Shown here piece by piece: positions 1 through 8,343 of a stretch of 24,694 nt of DNA. Below the pieces are notes generated by a model. The model saw only the letters and a program-made list of their open reading frames with translations, ran no database searches and was not told the origin of the DNA. Positions within the stretch are counted from its first letter, which is position 1. Each line of letters begins with the position of its first letter. A program made the position numbers and the translations under genes. This DNA comes from a virus. Lineage: Duplodnaviria; Caudoviricetes. The stretch lies in the IMG/VR virus record IMGVR_UViG_3300008255_000457, positions 1 to 24,694 of that record; one strand, given 5' to 3'.

Positions 1-124
1 ACTCTTTGCATAGAAAGGGTAAGCGCCGCCGCTGTGGCGAGGAGCGGTGGCAGTCCTCGGCGAGCGTCGCGACTCACGCCGGCGCCGCGCTGGCTACGCC
101 CGTGGCGCGACGGGAGCTCGGCGC

Positions 125-562
125 ATGAGCATGGCCCCCCGGCGGCCCACGAAGCTGACCGCGAAGGTGCGGTCGGGGATCGTCGAGGCGGTCGGGTTGG
201 GCGCGTCGCTATGCACGGCAGCGGCGGCGGTGGGCGTCGGGTCCTCGACCCTCTATCGCTGGATCAAGCGCGGACAACGAGCCGAACGCGGCGACGCGAT
301 CTACATCAAGTTCCTCGACGCCGTCGCTGAGGCATCGGCGAAGGCTGAATTGGCCGACCTGGCCACGATCAGGCGAGCGGCCGACGGCGGCGATTGGCGA
401 GCCGCGGCGTGGCGTCTCAAGCACACGAACCCGGAGCGGTACGGAGGAGCGCAGCCGGCGCCGGTGGTTGCGCCGTCGGCCGCGGCGCCCGATCTCGCGC
501 CGTCGACTGCGAGCCCCTCCGCGCCCGTCGTCCGGCTCTACCAGGTGAAGAAGAATGCGTGA
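125..562 (+). CDS. terS: Putative terminase small subunit (HTH protein)
   Basis: HTH-like GASLCTAAAAVGVGSSTLYRWIKRG followed by helical region and DWRAAAWRLKHTNPERYG, a pattern common in genes directly upstream of terL. Start moved to ATG 125 (GGAG upstream); stop overlaps terL start. Confidence 0.7.
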   Translation: MSMAPRRPTKLTAKVRSGIVEAVGLGASLCTAAAAVGVGSSTLYRWIKRGQRAERGDAIYIKFLDAVAEASAKAELADLATIRRAADGGDWRAAAWRLKHTNPERYGGAQPAPVVAPSAAAPDLAPSTASPSAPVVRLYQVKKNA

Positions 563-2255
563 GGCCGTCACCGGAGACGGCCTCACGCAACGCGAGCGCC
601 GCTACGTCGAGGGGCGTAGCCGCGGGATGAACGGCATCGCTGCGGTGACGTACGCTGGCTACACGGGCAGTGAGAACACGCTGCACGTGCGCGCGGCGAA
701 GCTGAAGAAGCACCCGAAGATCATCGCCGCGTTGGAGCGAACGGCGGCGGGGGAGGGGTTGGCTGATTCGGTTGAGCTGCCGGCCCCGCAACCCGGCCCG
801 CAAACTGCGCTCGCCGACTGCGTCGCCGACCTCGCGATCTTTGGCGGCGCGGCCGGAGGAGGGAAGAGCTGGGGTTTGCTGTTCGAGCCGGTGAAGTGGG
901 CGACGTGGACTGATGGGCAATGGTGCCTGCCGGGCGCATTTCGTGGCGTGATCTTTCGTCGGACCAATCCCGAGCTCGTGGGCGGCGGCGGGCTGTGGGA
1001 CGAATCGCAGACCCTGTACCGCCCGCTCGGCGCGAAGCCGCGGCGCTCGCCATCCCCCGACTGGATCTTCCCGGGGCACAACGGGATCGATGCGCGGATC
1101 GAGCTCCGGCATCTGGCCACCGAGACCGACATCAACGCTCACCAGGGGAGACAGTACGCGTATGTCGGTTTCGACGAGTTGACCCACTTCACGGAGCGCC
1201 AGTTCTGGTACCTCGTGAGTCGGCTCCGAACACTCTGTGGCATTCGTCCGTATCTGCGCGCGAGCTGCAACCCGGATCCGGATTCGTTCGTGAAAGACCT
1301 CATCGGCTGGTGGCTCGACAAGCAGGGCTATCCGATCCTGGAGCGCTCGGGCGTCCTGCGGTGGTTCGTTCGCGAGGAGGAGGTGCTGCGCTGGTACGAC
1401 AGCGAGGAGGAGGCTCGCGCGGCGCATCCAGACGGCGAGCCGATGAGCCTCACTTTCATCGCGAGCCGGTTGTCGGACAACCAGGTCCTTGTGAAAGCGG
1501 ACCCCGGTTATCGAGCCAGACTCATGGCGATGACTCGCGTGGACCGGGCGAGGCTTCTGGGCGACGAGACGCGCGGCGGCAACTGGAACACCCGCTCGGC
1601 CGCAGGGATGGTGTTCCGTCGAGAGGAAGTCAAACTGACCGATGAGCCGCCGCCTTTCCCCGTGGTCGCTACGGTCAGATTCTGGGACAAGGGCGCGAGC
1701 GAGGTGAGCGTAAAATACCCAAACCCCGATTGGACGCGCGGAGTCCGCGTCTCGCTGTGTGAGGGAATGCGTCTGTGGATCGACGATGTCGTGTCGACGC
1801 GGAGTCGTGGGGTCGACGTACTCGGCATCATGCGCGCGACGGCCGAACTCGACACGGTGCTTGTGACGGTCGGGACTTGGCAGGACTCGGGCGGGGCTGG
1901 GGCAACGGACGTGAACGTCTCCGCGGCGGCCCTCGCCGGATTCCCGCTTGAGGTAATCGGGAGCCACACGTCGGACACGACGGGCATCTCGGGCACGCAC
2001 AAGAGCAGCGCGGCGAAACGGGCATTCGCGAGCGCGTGGGCGCCCTGGGTCAAGCGGGGCGACGTCTACGTGAAACGCGGGCAGCCGTGGACGAACGATC
2101 TGCTTGCCGAGCTCGACGGGTTCCCGGACGCGCGCTTCGACGACATTGTCGACGCGATCTCGGGTGCCTTCCAGGTGCTGGTCGGGGGCGGGTTCGGTTG
2201 GTTCGAGACGATCAAAGCGGGCGCCGCGGCGGCGCGCGAGACGAGGAAACGATGA
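555..2255 (+). CDS. terL: Terminase large subunit with N-terminal TerS-like extension
   Basis: Walker A GGAAGGGKS, Walker B YVGFDELTH, coupling motif RASCNP, RNase H-like nuclease residues RFWDKG and DDIVDAISGA; lies before the portal. Confidence 0.95.
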   Translation: MREAVTGDGLTQRERRYVEGRSRGMNGIAAVTYAGYTGSENTLHVRAAKLKKHPKIIAALERTAAGEGLADSVELPAPQPGPQTALADCVADLAIFGGAAGGGKSWGLLFEPVKWATWTDGQWCLPGAFRGVIFRRTNPELVGGGGLWDESQTLYRPLGAKPRRSPSPDWIFPGHNGIDARIELRHLATETDINAHQGRQYAYVGFDELTHFTERQFWYLVSRLRTLCGIRPYLRASCNPDPDSFVKDLIGWWLDKQGYPILERSGVLRWFVREEEVLRWYDSEEEARAAHPDGEPMSLTFIASRLSDNQVLVKADPGYRARLMAMTRVDRARLLGDETRGGNWNTRSAAGMVFRREEVKLTDEPPPFPVVATVRFWDKGASEVSVKYPNPDWTRGVRVSLCEGMRLWIDDVVSTRSRGVDVLGIMRATAELDTVLVTVGTWQDSGGAGATDVNVSAAALAGFPLEVIGSHTSDTTGISGTHKSSAAKRAFASAWAPWVKRGDVYVKRGQPWTNDLLAELDGFPDARFDDIVDAISGAFQVLVGGGFGWFETIKAGAAAARETRKR

Positions 2256-4369
2256 TGGGAAAGCACTGGCTCACAACGATCAAGACCGACGCGGCGCAGC
2301 TGATCGCGGGCTGGTACAACCCGCTCACGGGCCAGGGCGATCCGTCGAAGGACAAGAGCGCCGCGGCGAGCTTCGAGCGCGGCATCCTGATCAACGAGCG
2401 GGACCTCGCCTCGCTCTTCACGTGGAACCCGCTGGCACGAGCGATCTGCCTCGCGCTGCCGGAGTGGGGCCTGCGCAACGGGTGGGATCTGACCACGGGC
2501 GGCGATGCCGTGTCGAGCCAGTCGCTCGAGACCGCGATCCGCAAGCGCTACGTCGAGCTCGGCGCCCACGAGGTGATGCTGCGCGCCGCGGTCTGGGGGC
2601 AGACGTTCGGGGGCGGGCTGGTGCTCGTCGGCGCGAACGATGGTCGGCTGACCGAGGAGCCTCTCGACGAGGGGAATATCCAGTCGATCGACTGGTTCCG
2701 CGTCGTGCCCCGATCCCGGGCACTCGTCCACGCGGTCTACTCCGCACCCGCGAAGGCGGATTTCGGGGAGGCCGCGATTTACAAGGTGCGCGAGTCGGGC
2801 GCCAACGGAGAATGGGTCGACAGCCTGATCCATGAGAGCCGCGTCATCCGGTGGCCGGGGCCGATCACCGACGACGACATTCGGTTGGGCAACAAGCGCT
2901 GGGACCAGTCGATCCTCGACGTCGTCGTCGGCGCGCTGCGCGCGCACGACGGCATGTGGGGCGACGTTGGCGCGATGACCAAGGACGGCTCGCAGGGTGT
3001 CTGGATGATCCAGGGACTTGCTAAAGCCGCGGCGACGGGGCTCGGCCAGCACATCCAGGACCGCTTCGACCTCGCCTCGATTGCGCGGTCCGTGTTCGGT
3101 GTCCTCCTGTTGGACGCCGACAAGGAAGACTTCAAGTACGTCGAGCGCGGCTACGCCGGGATCTCCGACCTGCTGGGCCAGAGCGCGGTCCGCACCGCGG
3201 GCGCGGCGCAGATCCCGGCGACGGTGCTCATGGGCCAGTCGCCGGCGGGCCTCAACGCGACCGGCGAGAGTGATCTCGAACTCTGGTACGCGCGCATCTG
3301 GGCTTGGGACACCGGCGTCGCGGCGAGCCGGATCGAGCGGCTCGTGCGCTTGCTCCTGCTGGCGAAGGACGGCCCGACGCAAGGGAAGGAACCGGAGCGC
3401 TGGGCGGTGGCGCTGCGCGATCCGCGGCGGCTCAGCCCGATGAAGCAGCACGAGATCCGCGCGCGCCAGGCGCAGACCGACGTGGCCTACATCACGGGCA
3501 AGGTACTGACGCCCGAAGAGGTCGCGATCAACCGCTTCTCGGCGGACGGCTGGTCCGACCTGACGCAGATCGACCTCGGCTGGCGCCGCGACTTCCTTGC
3601 CTTCGCCAAGGAGGAGATCGGCACGCACCCCAATGAGATCTTCGGCGGTGCGCTCGAGCGCTGGCTGGCGCTGGCGCCTGCAGGCGTACAGGACCCGTCC
3701 GCGTCGGGGGCCGCGATCATCAAAGCGCCCTCGGGCGCCGAGGCACCGCAGGACATCAACAAGCGAGCGACCGACGCGCACGATCGCGTCGTCCGCGCGC
3801 GGAGCCTCGAGCAGGGTCGCGCCCGTGCCGATGCGGCGGGGCTCCGGTTCGACGCGCACGACGGCGTCGCCGTCATGGTCCGGGTGCCGCCGGCGCTCGC
3901 CGCGCTGCTCGCGCTCGAGGGCGGGGAGCCGCCGGACTCGCTCCACATCACGCTCGCCTACCTGGGCAAGCTCGGGCCCGAGGTGCTAGCGGCCGACGTC
4001 GAGCGCGTGGCTCGCGCCGTGCGCGACGTCGCGGCCACGATCCATCCGCTGGCTGGGATCATCGGCGGCCTCGGTCGGTTCCCGGCGAGCTCAACGAGCA
4101 ACGACCTCGACGTGCTCGTCGCCCTGGTCGACGTCCCCGAGCTCGGCGTGCTGCGCGCCGAGCTGGTCCAGGTCCTCGACGCGCTCGGCGTCCCGGCTCG
4201 GAAGGACCACGACTTCACCGCGCACGTCACGTTGGCCTACCTGGCGCCGGGGGCGCCGCTCCCGATCCAGTCGATCGCGCCGCGGCCGTTCGGGATCACG
4301 GAGCTCGAGCTGTGGATCGGCGACGTGCGGAAGATCTACCCGCTCGGGTCCGAGGGGGGAGCCTTCTGA
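2252..4369 (+). CDS. Portal protein (DUF1073/HI1409 type) fused to C-terminal 2H phosphoesterase domain
   Basis: ATG 2252 overlaps terL stop (ATGA), GAGGA upstream. Portal-type motifs IHESRVIRW, LLDADKEDF, AQIPATVLMGQSPAGLNATGESDLELWY. C-terminal ~170 aa contain LHITLAYLG and AHVTLAYL. Confidence 0.9.
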   Translation: MMGKHWLTTIKTDAAQLIAGWYNPLTGQGDPSKDKSAAASFERGILINERDLASLFTWNPLARAICLALPEWGLRNGWDLTTGGDAVSSQSLETAIRKRYVELGAHEVMLRAAVWGQTFGGGLVLVGANDGRLTEEPLDEGNIQSIDWFRVVPRSRALVHAVYSAPAKADFGEAAIYKVRESGANGEWVDSLIHESRVIRWPGPITDDDIRLGNKRWDQSILDVVVGALRAHDGMWGDVGAMTKDGSQGVWMIQGLAKAAATGLGQHIQDRFDLASIARSVFGVLLLDADKEDFKYVERGYAGISDLLGQSAVRTAGAAQIPATVLMGQSPAGLNATGESDLELWYARIWAWDTGVAASRIERLVRLLLLAKDGPTQGKEPERWAVALRDPRRLSPMKQHEIRARQAQTDVAYITGKVLTPEEVAINRFSADGWSDLTQIDLGWRRDFLAFAKEEIGTHPNEIFGGALERWLALAPAGVQDPSASGAAIIKAPSGAEAPQDINKRATDAHDRVVRARSLEQGRARADAAGLRFDAHDGVAVMVRVPPALAALLALEGGEPPDSLHITLAYLGKLGPEVLAADVERVARAVRDVAATIHPLAGIIGGLGRFPASSTSNDLDVLVALVDVPELGVLRAELVQVLDALGVPARKDHDFTAHVTLAYLAPGAPLPIQSIAPRPFGITELELWIGDVRKIYPLGSEGGAF
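3857..4369 (+). other. 2H phosphoesterase domain (Acb1/LigT-like) within the portal ORF
   Basis: Two HxT motifs (His codons at 3944 and 4223, 93 codons apart), each followed by LAYL, the 2H superfamily signature. Confidence 0.88.
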
Positions 4370-4443
4370 TGAGCGGCCGCGGCGGCGGGGCCCCGCCGGC
4401 CCTCGTGGCGTTTTTCTACCTGCTCGGACGCGACGCGTGCTGA
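4369..4443 (+). CDS. Possible 24-aa leader/coupling peptide (MSGRGGGAPPALVAFFYLLGRDAC)
   Basis: ATG overlaps the portal stop (TGATG), preceded by GAGGGGGGA; its stop lies just past the GTG start of the next gene. No homology evidence. Confidence 0.3.
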   Translation: MSGRGGGAPPALVAFFYLLGRDAC

Positions 4444-5090
4444 AGGTCCTGCTCGCGGTCACCAGCTACCCCTCGGCGTCGCCCGATCGTCGCCGGCTGT
4501 TCGCGGAGTTCGGCGCCCCGTCGATTCGCGGCGCCGCCGACGTGGCGGGGCAAACGACGATCCGCGTCTACGGCGGCGCGGAGCACGTGTGCGTGAAGCG
4601 CCAGCGCGCGCTCGACGAAGCACTCCGTGAGGGGTTCCGGTGGGTCTTTTGTTGCGACGACGACATCGTGCTCGCATCGACGGCCATCGCCCGCCTGCGC
4701 CGCGTGGCCAGCGGACCGGCCACGGCGATCGTGTACTGCGACTATGTCGGCATCTGCCTGCCCGGCGGCGAGCACCCGAAGGGGCCCGTGTTCGTGCAGC
4801 GCAGCGTGCCATGGAGCCGCGCCACGCTTCGCCGCCGCAACCTCGTCTCCACGATGAGCCTCTTCGACGTGCGCCAGCTCGCGCGCGCTGGCGTGCGATG
4901 GGACCCGGGGCTGGCGCGATTCCAGGACTGGGACCTCGCGCTGCAGTCGGCGGAGGCGGGCCTGGCCGGCGTGCACGTGCCCGAGTCGCTGTTCCATGCG
5001 TTCTACTCGGCGCCGGGCATCACCGCCCGGGTGCCGTACGCCCGCGCGATCGCGGCGCTGCGCGCGAAGCACCCCGAGGTGAAGGGATGA
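4437..5090 (+). CDS. Glycosyltransferase, GT-A fold (GT2-like)
   Basis: DxD-type motif WVFCCDDDIV, IVYCDY, and C-terminal WDPGLARFQDWDLAL typical of GT2 catalytic region. Confidence 0.8.
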   Translation: MLKVLLAVTSYPSASPDRRRLFAEFGAPSIRGAADVAGQTTIRVYGGAEHVCVKRQRALDEALREGFRWVFCCDDDIVLASTAIARLRRVASGPATAIVYCDYVGICLPGGEHPKGPVFVQRSVPWSRATLRRRNLVSTMSLFDVRQLARAGVRWDPGLARFQDWDLALQSAEAGLAGVHVPESLFHAFYSAPGITARVPYARAIAALRAKHPEVKG

Positions 5091-5668
5091 TCGCGAAGCA
5101 CGTCCTCGAGCGCATCGATCCCACGTGCCGTCACCCCGAGATCGACGGGTGGGAGCGCCAGGTCCGCCTCCATGTCGAGCGCTACGACTTCGCGGCCCGG
5201 ATGCTCAACGACGGCCGCGCGCTCGATGCGGGGTGCGGGGCCGGCTACGGCACCGACATGCTCCGCGCTCGCGGGCCCGCCATCGGCATGGACATCGATG
5301 TCGCCACCGCCGCCGCGGCCGCGGCGCAGCACCCGAACTCGCTCTTCCTGATCGGCGACCTCGAGCGGCCGTTGCCGCTGGCGCCCGGGTTCCCCGCCGT
5401 GGTCTGCCTCGAGGCGATCGAGCATCTGCGCGGACCCGAGTTCGCGCTCGCCAACCTCCGCGCGCTGATCGCGCCGTCGCCGGGCCGTCTCGTGATCTCG
5501 GTGCCGCTTCACGAGCAGCTCGGCGACAACCCCTACCACCTGCGGCTGTGGGATGACGCCGCGTCGTTCCGTGCCTGGGTCGAGGCACAGGGCTTCCACT
5601 ACATCGGCAGAAGCTTCGAGCAGGCCGACAACTGGACCGGCGTGTTCAGCGCCCGGAGGGATCCATGA
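5087..5668 (+). CDS. Class I SAM-dependent methyltransferase
   Basis: HVERYDFA, motif I ALDAGCGAGYGT, GMDID, VVCLEAIEHL, LVISVP. Start ATG 5087 overlaps previous stop (ATGA). Confidence 0.9.
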   Translation: MIAKHVLERIDPTCRHPEIDGWERQVRLHVERYDFAARMLNDGRALDAGCGAGYGTDMLRARGPAIGMDIDVATAAAAAAQHPNSLFLIGDLERPLPLAPGFPAVVCLEAIEHLRGPEFALANLRALIAPSPGRLVISVPLHEQLGDNPYHLRLWDDAASFRAWVEAQGFHYIGRSFEQADNWTGVFSARRDP

Positions 5669-6348
5669 GCGACGACAGCGACGTTGACTGGGAGCGCTGG
5701 CGCGAAACGTTCGATTCAGGGATCACCGCGGGCTACGTGTCGACCCAGGGCAGGCGTGCGATGGTCGACGAGGGTCGCCTGATGGTCCGCCGCTGGCGGG
5801 ACGCGGGGCTCTTCACCGACGGCGCCTCGGTCCTCGACATGGGCTGCGGTAACGGCCGCGCCGCGGTGGGCTTCTTGGCCTTCGATGTCGAGTACCACGG
5901 CGTCGACATCATCGCCGAGGCGGTGGCGTTCTGCCGCCGCGCCTTCGGTGAGGTCGATGGGTATCGGTTCGACCACCTCGACGTCAGCAACGCTTTCTAT
6001 AATCCGAACGCTCCTCTCCACGCGGAGGCGGTCGACTTCCCGCGGGACACCGCATCGGTCGATCTCCTGATCATGTCGAGCGTGCTCACGCACGTGCACT
6101 CGTTGGCCGTCATCGAGCGGTATCTCGCCGAGTCGCGGCGCGTCGTTCGCGCGGGGGGGCATGCGTTTGTCAGCTTCTTTCGCTCGCCGCCGAACAAGGT
6201 GTCGATCGATGAAGCGCGCGCCGTCTACCCGGAGACGCAGGTCTGTCGGGCGCTCCGCGAGAGTGGCTGGGCCATCGAGCGAGAGTCCGGCGGCACCACG
6301 ACGCGCTGGACGGACTCCTGGGATCTCGTGCTGGGGCCCCGAGCGTGA
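5665..6348 (+). CDS. Class I SAM-dependent methyltransferase
   Basis: Motif I VLDMGCGNGR, YHGVDII, DLLIMSSVLTH, RRVVRAGG; ATGA overlap with previous gene. Confidence 0.9.
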   Translation: MSDDSDVDWERWRETFDSGITAGYVSTQGRRAMVDEGRLMVRRWRDAGLFTDGASVLDMGCGNGRAAVGFLAFDVEYHGVDIIAEAVAFCRRAFGEVDGYRFDHLDVSNAFYNPNAPLHAEAVDFPRDTASVDLLIMSSVLTHVHSLAVIERYLAESRRVVRAGGHAFVSFFRSPPNKVSIDEARAVYPETQVCRALRESGWAIERESGGTTTRWTDSWDLVLGPRA

Positions 6349-7184
6349 CGACGGTCGACATCATCATCCCGCAGTGGAACCAGCGCGCCAAGACGGTGAC
6401 GTGCGTGCGATCGATCGCGCGGCACGCGCCGGGGGTCCGGATCCTCCTCGTCGACAACGGCAGCGAGCCGGCGGCGCGCGTCGACGCGGAGCTGCGGACC
6501 GGCGACCTCATCCTCCGCAACCGGGAGAACCTCGGATTCGTCCGAGCTGTCAACCAGGGGCTCGAGGCGTCGAGCGCCGAGCTCGTCGTGATCCAGAACA
6601 ACGACACCGAGATCTTCGACGACGTCTACGCGCGCATGCGCCGGATCCTCTCCCACGAGCCGAGCTTCGGGGCGCTCGGACCGGTGACGAGCGAGTGCGG
6701 GAGCTGGCAGGCCATCGACCGGATCGTCAACGTCTGGGCGAAGACCTCGCCGCGCGCGAAGCTCGTCAACGCGGCGGCGTCGCCGTCCTCGGCCCGAGCG
6801 CGCGACGTCGAACGCCTGCGCGAGGTCCAGCGCCGCACCGACCACGCGGAGCGCGCCGAGCTCGCGGCCGCTCGCTTCGCCGACCACGTCGAGCCGATCC
6901 GGGGGATGCTCGCGTTCTTCTGCGTCGCGCTCACGCGCCGCGCCATCAAGACGGTCGGGCTCCTCGATCCCGACTTCGGTCTCGGCTTCGGCGACGACGA
7001 CGACTACTGCGATCGGCTCCACGGCGCCGGCTTCGGCGTCGGACTCGCGCCGGGATGCTACGTTCGCCACGACCATCGCGCGACCTTCCGCGAGCACTTC
7101 TCGGCGTTGGAAATCGCGCGCCTGCAGCGGCAGGCCATGGCGCTCCTCAGGCGGAAGCGGGCCGCTCGAACGAGGCGCTCATGA
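6345..7184 (+). CDS. Glycosyltransferase family 2
   Basis: VDIIIPQWN, ILLVDNGS, ENLGFVRAVNQG, IQNNDT, VGLLDPDFGLGFGDDDDYCDR, YVRHDHRATF; GTGA overlap. Confidence 0.92.
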   Translation: MTTVDIIIPQWNQRAKTVTCVRSIARHAPGVRILLVDNGSEPAARVDAELRTGDLILRNRENLGFVRAVNQGLEASSAELVVIQNNDTEIFDDVYARMRRILSHEPSFGALGPVTSECGSWQAIDRIVNVWAKTSPRAKLVNAAASPSSARARDVERLREVQRRTDHAERAELAAARFADHVEPIRGMLAFFCVALTRRAIKTVGLLDPDFGLGFGDDDDYCDRLHGAGFGVGLAPGCYVRHDHRATFREHFSALEIARLQRQAMALLRRKRAARTRRS

Positions 7185-7954
7185 CGGCGACGACGCTCGC
7201 CGCGATCGCGACGATCCCGGAGAGGACCAAGTTCCTTCCGCGCGTTCTCGAGTCGCTGCGTCCCCAGGTCGATCGGTTGTGCGTGTACCTCAACGGGCAC
7301 GCCGAGGTTCCGGCCTGCGTGCTCGAGCTCGCCGACGAGCACGTGCTCTCACCGACGAACGACGGCGCCGAAGCGAAGGTGCACTGGGCCGATCGGCACG
7401 ACGGGATCTACCTGTCCTGCGACGACGACTTCATCTATCGCAGTGAGCCCGCGTACGTCGCGACGATGGTGCACGCCGTCGAGCAATGGGAGGGCGCCGC
7501 GATCGTGACGGCGCACGGGCGCTCGTACCAGGGCAGGCCGCAACGCGTCGGCGACATCGTGCCGCGCTCGCAGGGGATCATCCACGCGCGCGTGCCCTCG
7601 GGCCGCTGGGTGAACCACCCGGGAACGGGAGTCTCGGCGTGGGATGCCCGACGCGTTCACGTGCCGACGTCCTGGCCCCGGCGCAACGCGGCCGACATGC
7701 AGCTCGCGGCGTGGGCGCAGCGCGCGCGCGTCCCGATCTGGCTCGTGCCGCACCGCGGCCGCTGGCTCGGGTCGCTTGCTTCGATCGACCCGAGGGGAAT
7801 CTACATGACGGCGCGGGCGCGCGGGTTTCCGATTCGGACCGCAGTGCTGCAGGAACACGGGCGGACGCACGGCTGGGTCCTCTGGGCGGTCCAGTGGGGA
7901 TCCGCCGAGGCGTCGATCGTGGAGCAAGCACTGAAGAGGAACCGAGAAGGGTGA
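7181..7954 (+). CDS. Glycosyltransferase, GT-A fold
   Basis: ATIPER..LPRVLESLRPQVDRLCVYLN, YLSCDDDFIY (DxD), PGTGVSAW, NAADMQLA; start ATG 7181 overlaps previous stop. Confidence 0.75.
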   Translation: MTATTLAAIATIPERTKFLPRVLESLRPQVDRLCVYLNGHAEVPACVLELADEHVLSPTNDGAEAKVHWADRHDGIYLSCDDDFIYRSEPAYVATMVHAVEQWEGAAIVTAHGRSYQGRPQRVGDIVPRSQGIIHARVPSGRWVNHPGTGVSAWDARRVHVPTSWPRRNAADMQLAAWAQRARVPIWLVPHRGRWLGSLASIDPRGIYMTARARGFPIRTAVLQEHGRTHGWVLWAVQWGSAEASIVEQALKRNREG

Positions 7955-8172
7955 TGGACATGACGCTGGGGCAGGACGCCGTTGACGAGGGGCGGGAGAA
8001 ACTCATCGACCGAGTCACCCTCCGTCTGGACGAGCCACTCCGAGTACGGATCGAGCGCGAGGTGAATCGCCGGAGCGCCCGCGCGGGTGTCGCGAAGTTG
8101 TCCGTGGCGGAGGTGGTTCGCGCGCTGATCGGCGAACGCCTCGACGCCATCGAGCACGGTTCCCCTCCATAG
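7954..8172 (+). CDS. Ribbon-helix-helix (CopG/Arc-like) DNA-binding protein
   Basis: Strand RVTLRL, helix DEPLRVRIEREV, second helix SVAEVVRALIGERL; ~72 aa; start overlaps previous stop (GTG 7951 or ATG 7960 also possible). Confidence 0.7.
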   Translation: MDMTLGQDAVDEGREKLIDRVTLRLDEPLRVRIEREVNRRSARAGVAKLSVAEVVRALIGERLDAIEHGSPP

Positions 8173-8301
8173 CGTCGGCGGACAAGCGCGCGATCTGCTG
8201 TCGCGGCGGGCCGATCGGGTCGTCGAGCGGGCCGGCTCAGCGCCCCAGATCGCCACCCACCCCCGCGCGCGCGATACACCAGCCCTCCGGAGCGCGCATC
8301 A

Positions 8302-8343
8302 GTTTTCGTGGCGGACAATGGCACCCAAGTCTGCCACGGAAGC
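8302..8343. promoter_or_regulatory. Inverted repeat / stem-loop upstream of protease gene
   Basis: GTTTTCGTGGCGGAC (8302-8316) pairs with GTCTGCCACGGAAGC (8329-8343): 15 pairs including 3 G-U, 12-nt loop. Confidence 0.55.

Noticed and set aside
4383-4415. Canonical intrinsic terminator after the portal
   Set aside because: The T-run is 12 nt from the palindrome; kept only as a low-interest finding.
5087-6348. DNA methyltransferases (restriction evasion)
   Set aside because: No DPPY/NPPY-type or PC catalytic motif; short small-molecule/sugar-type class I MTases flanked by GTs.
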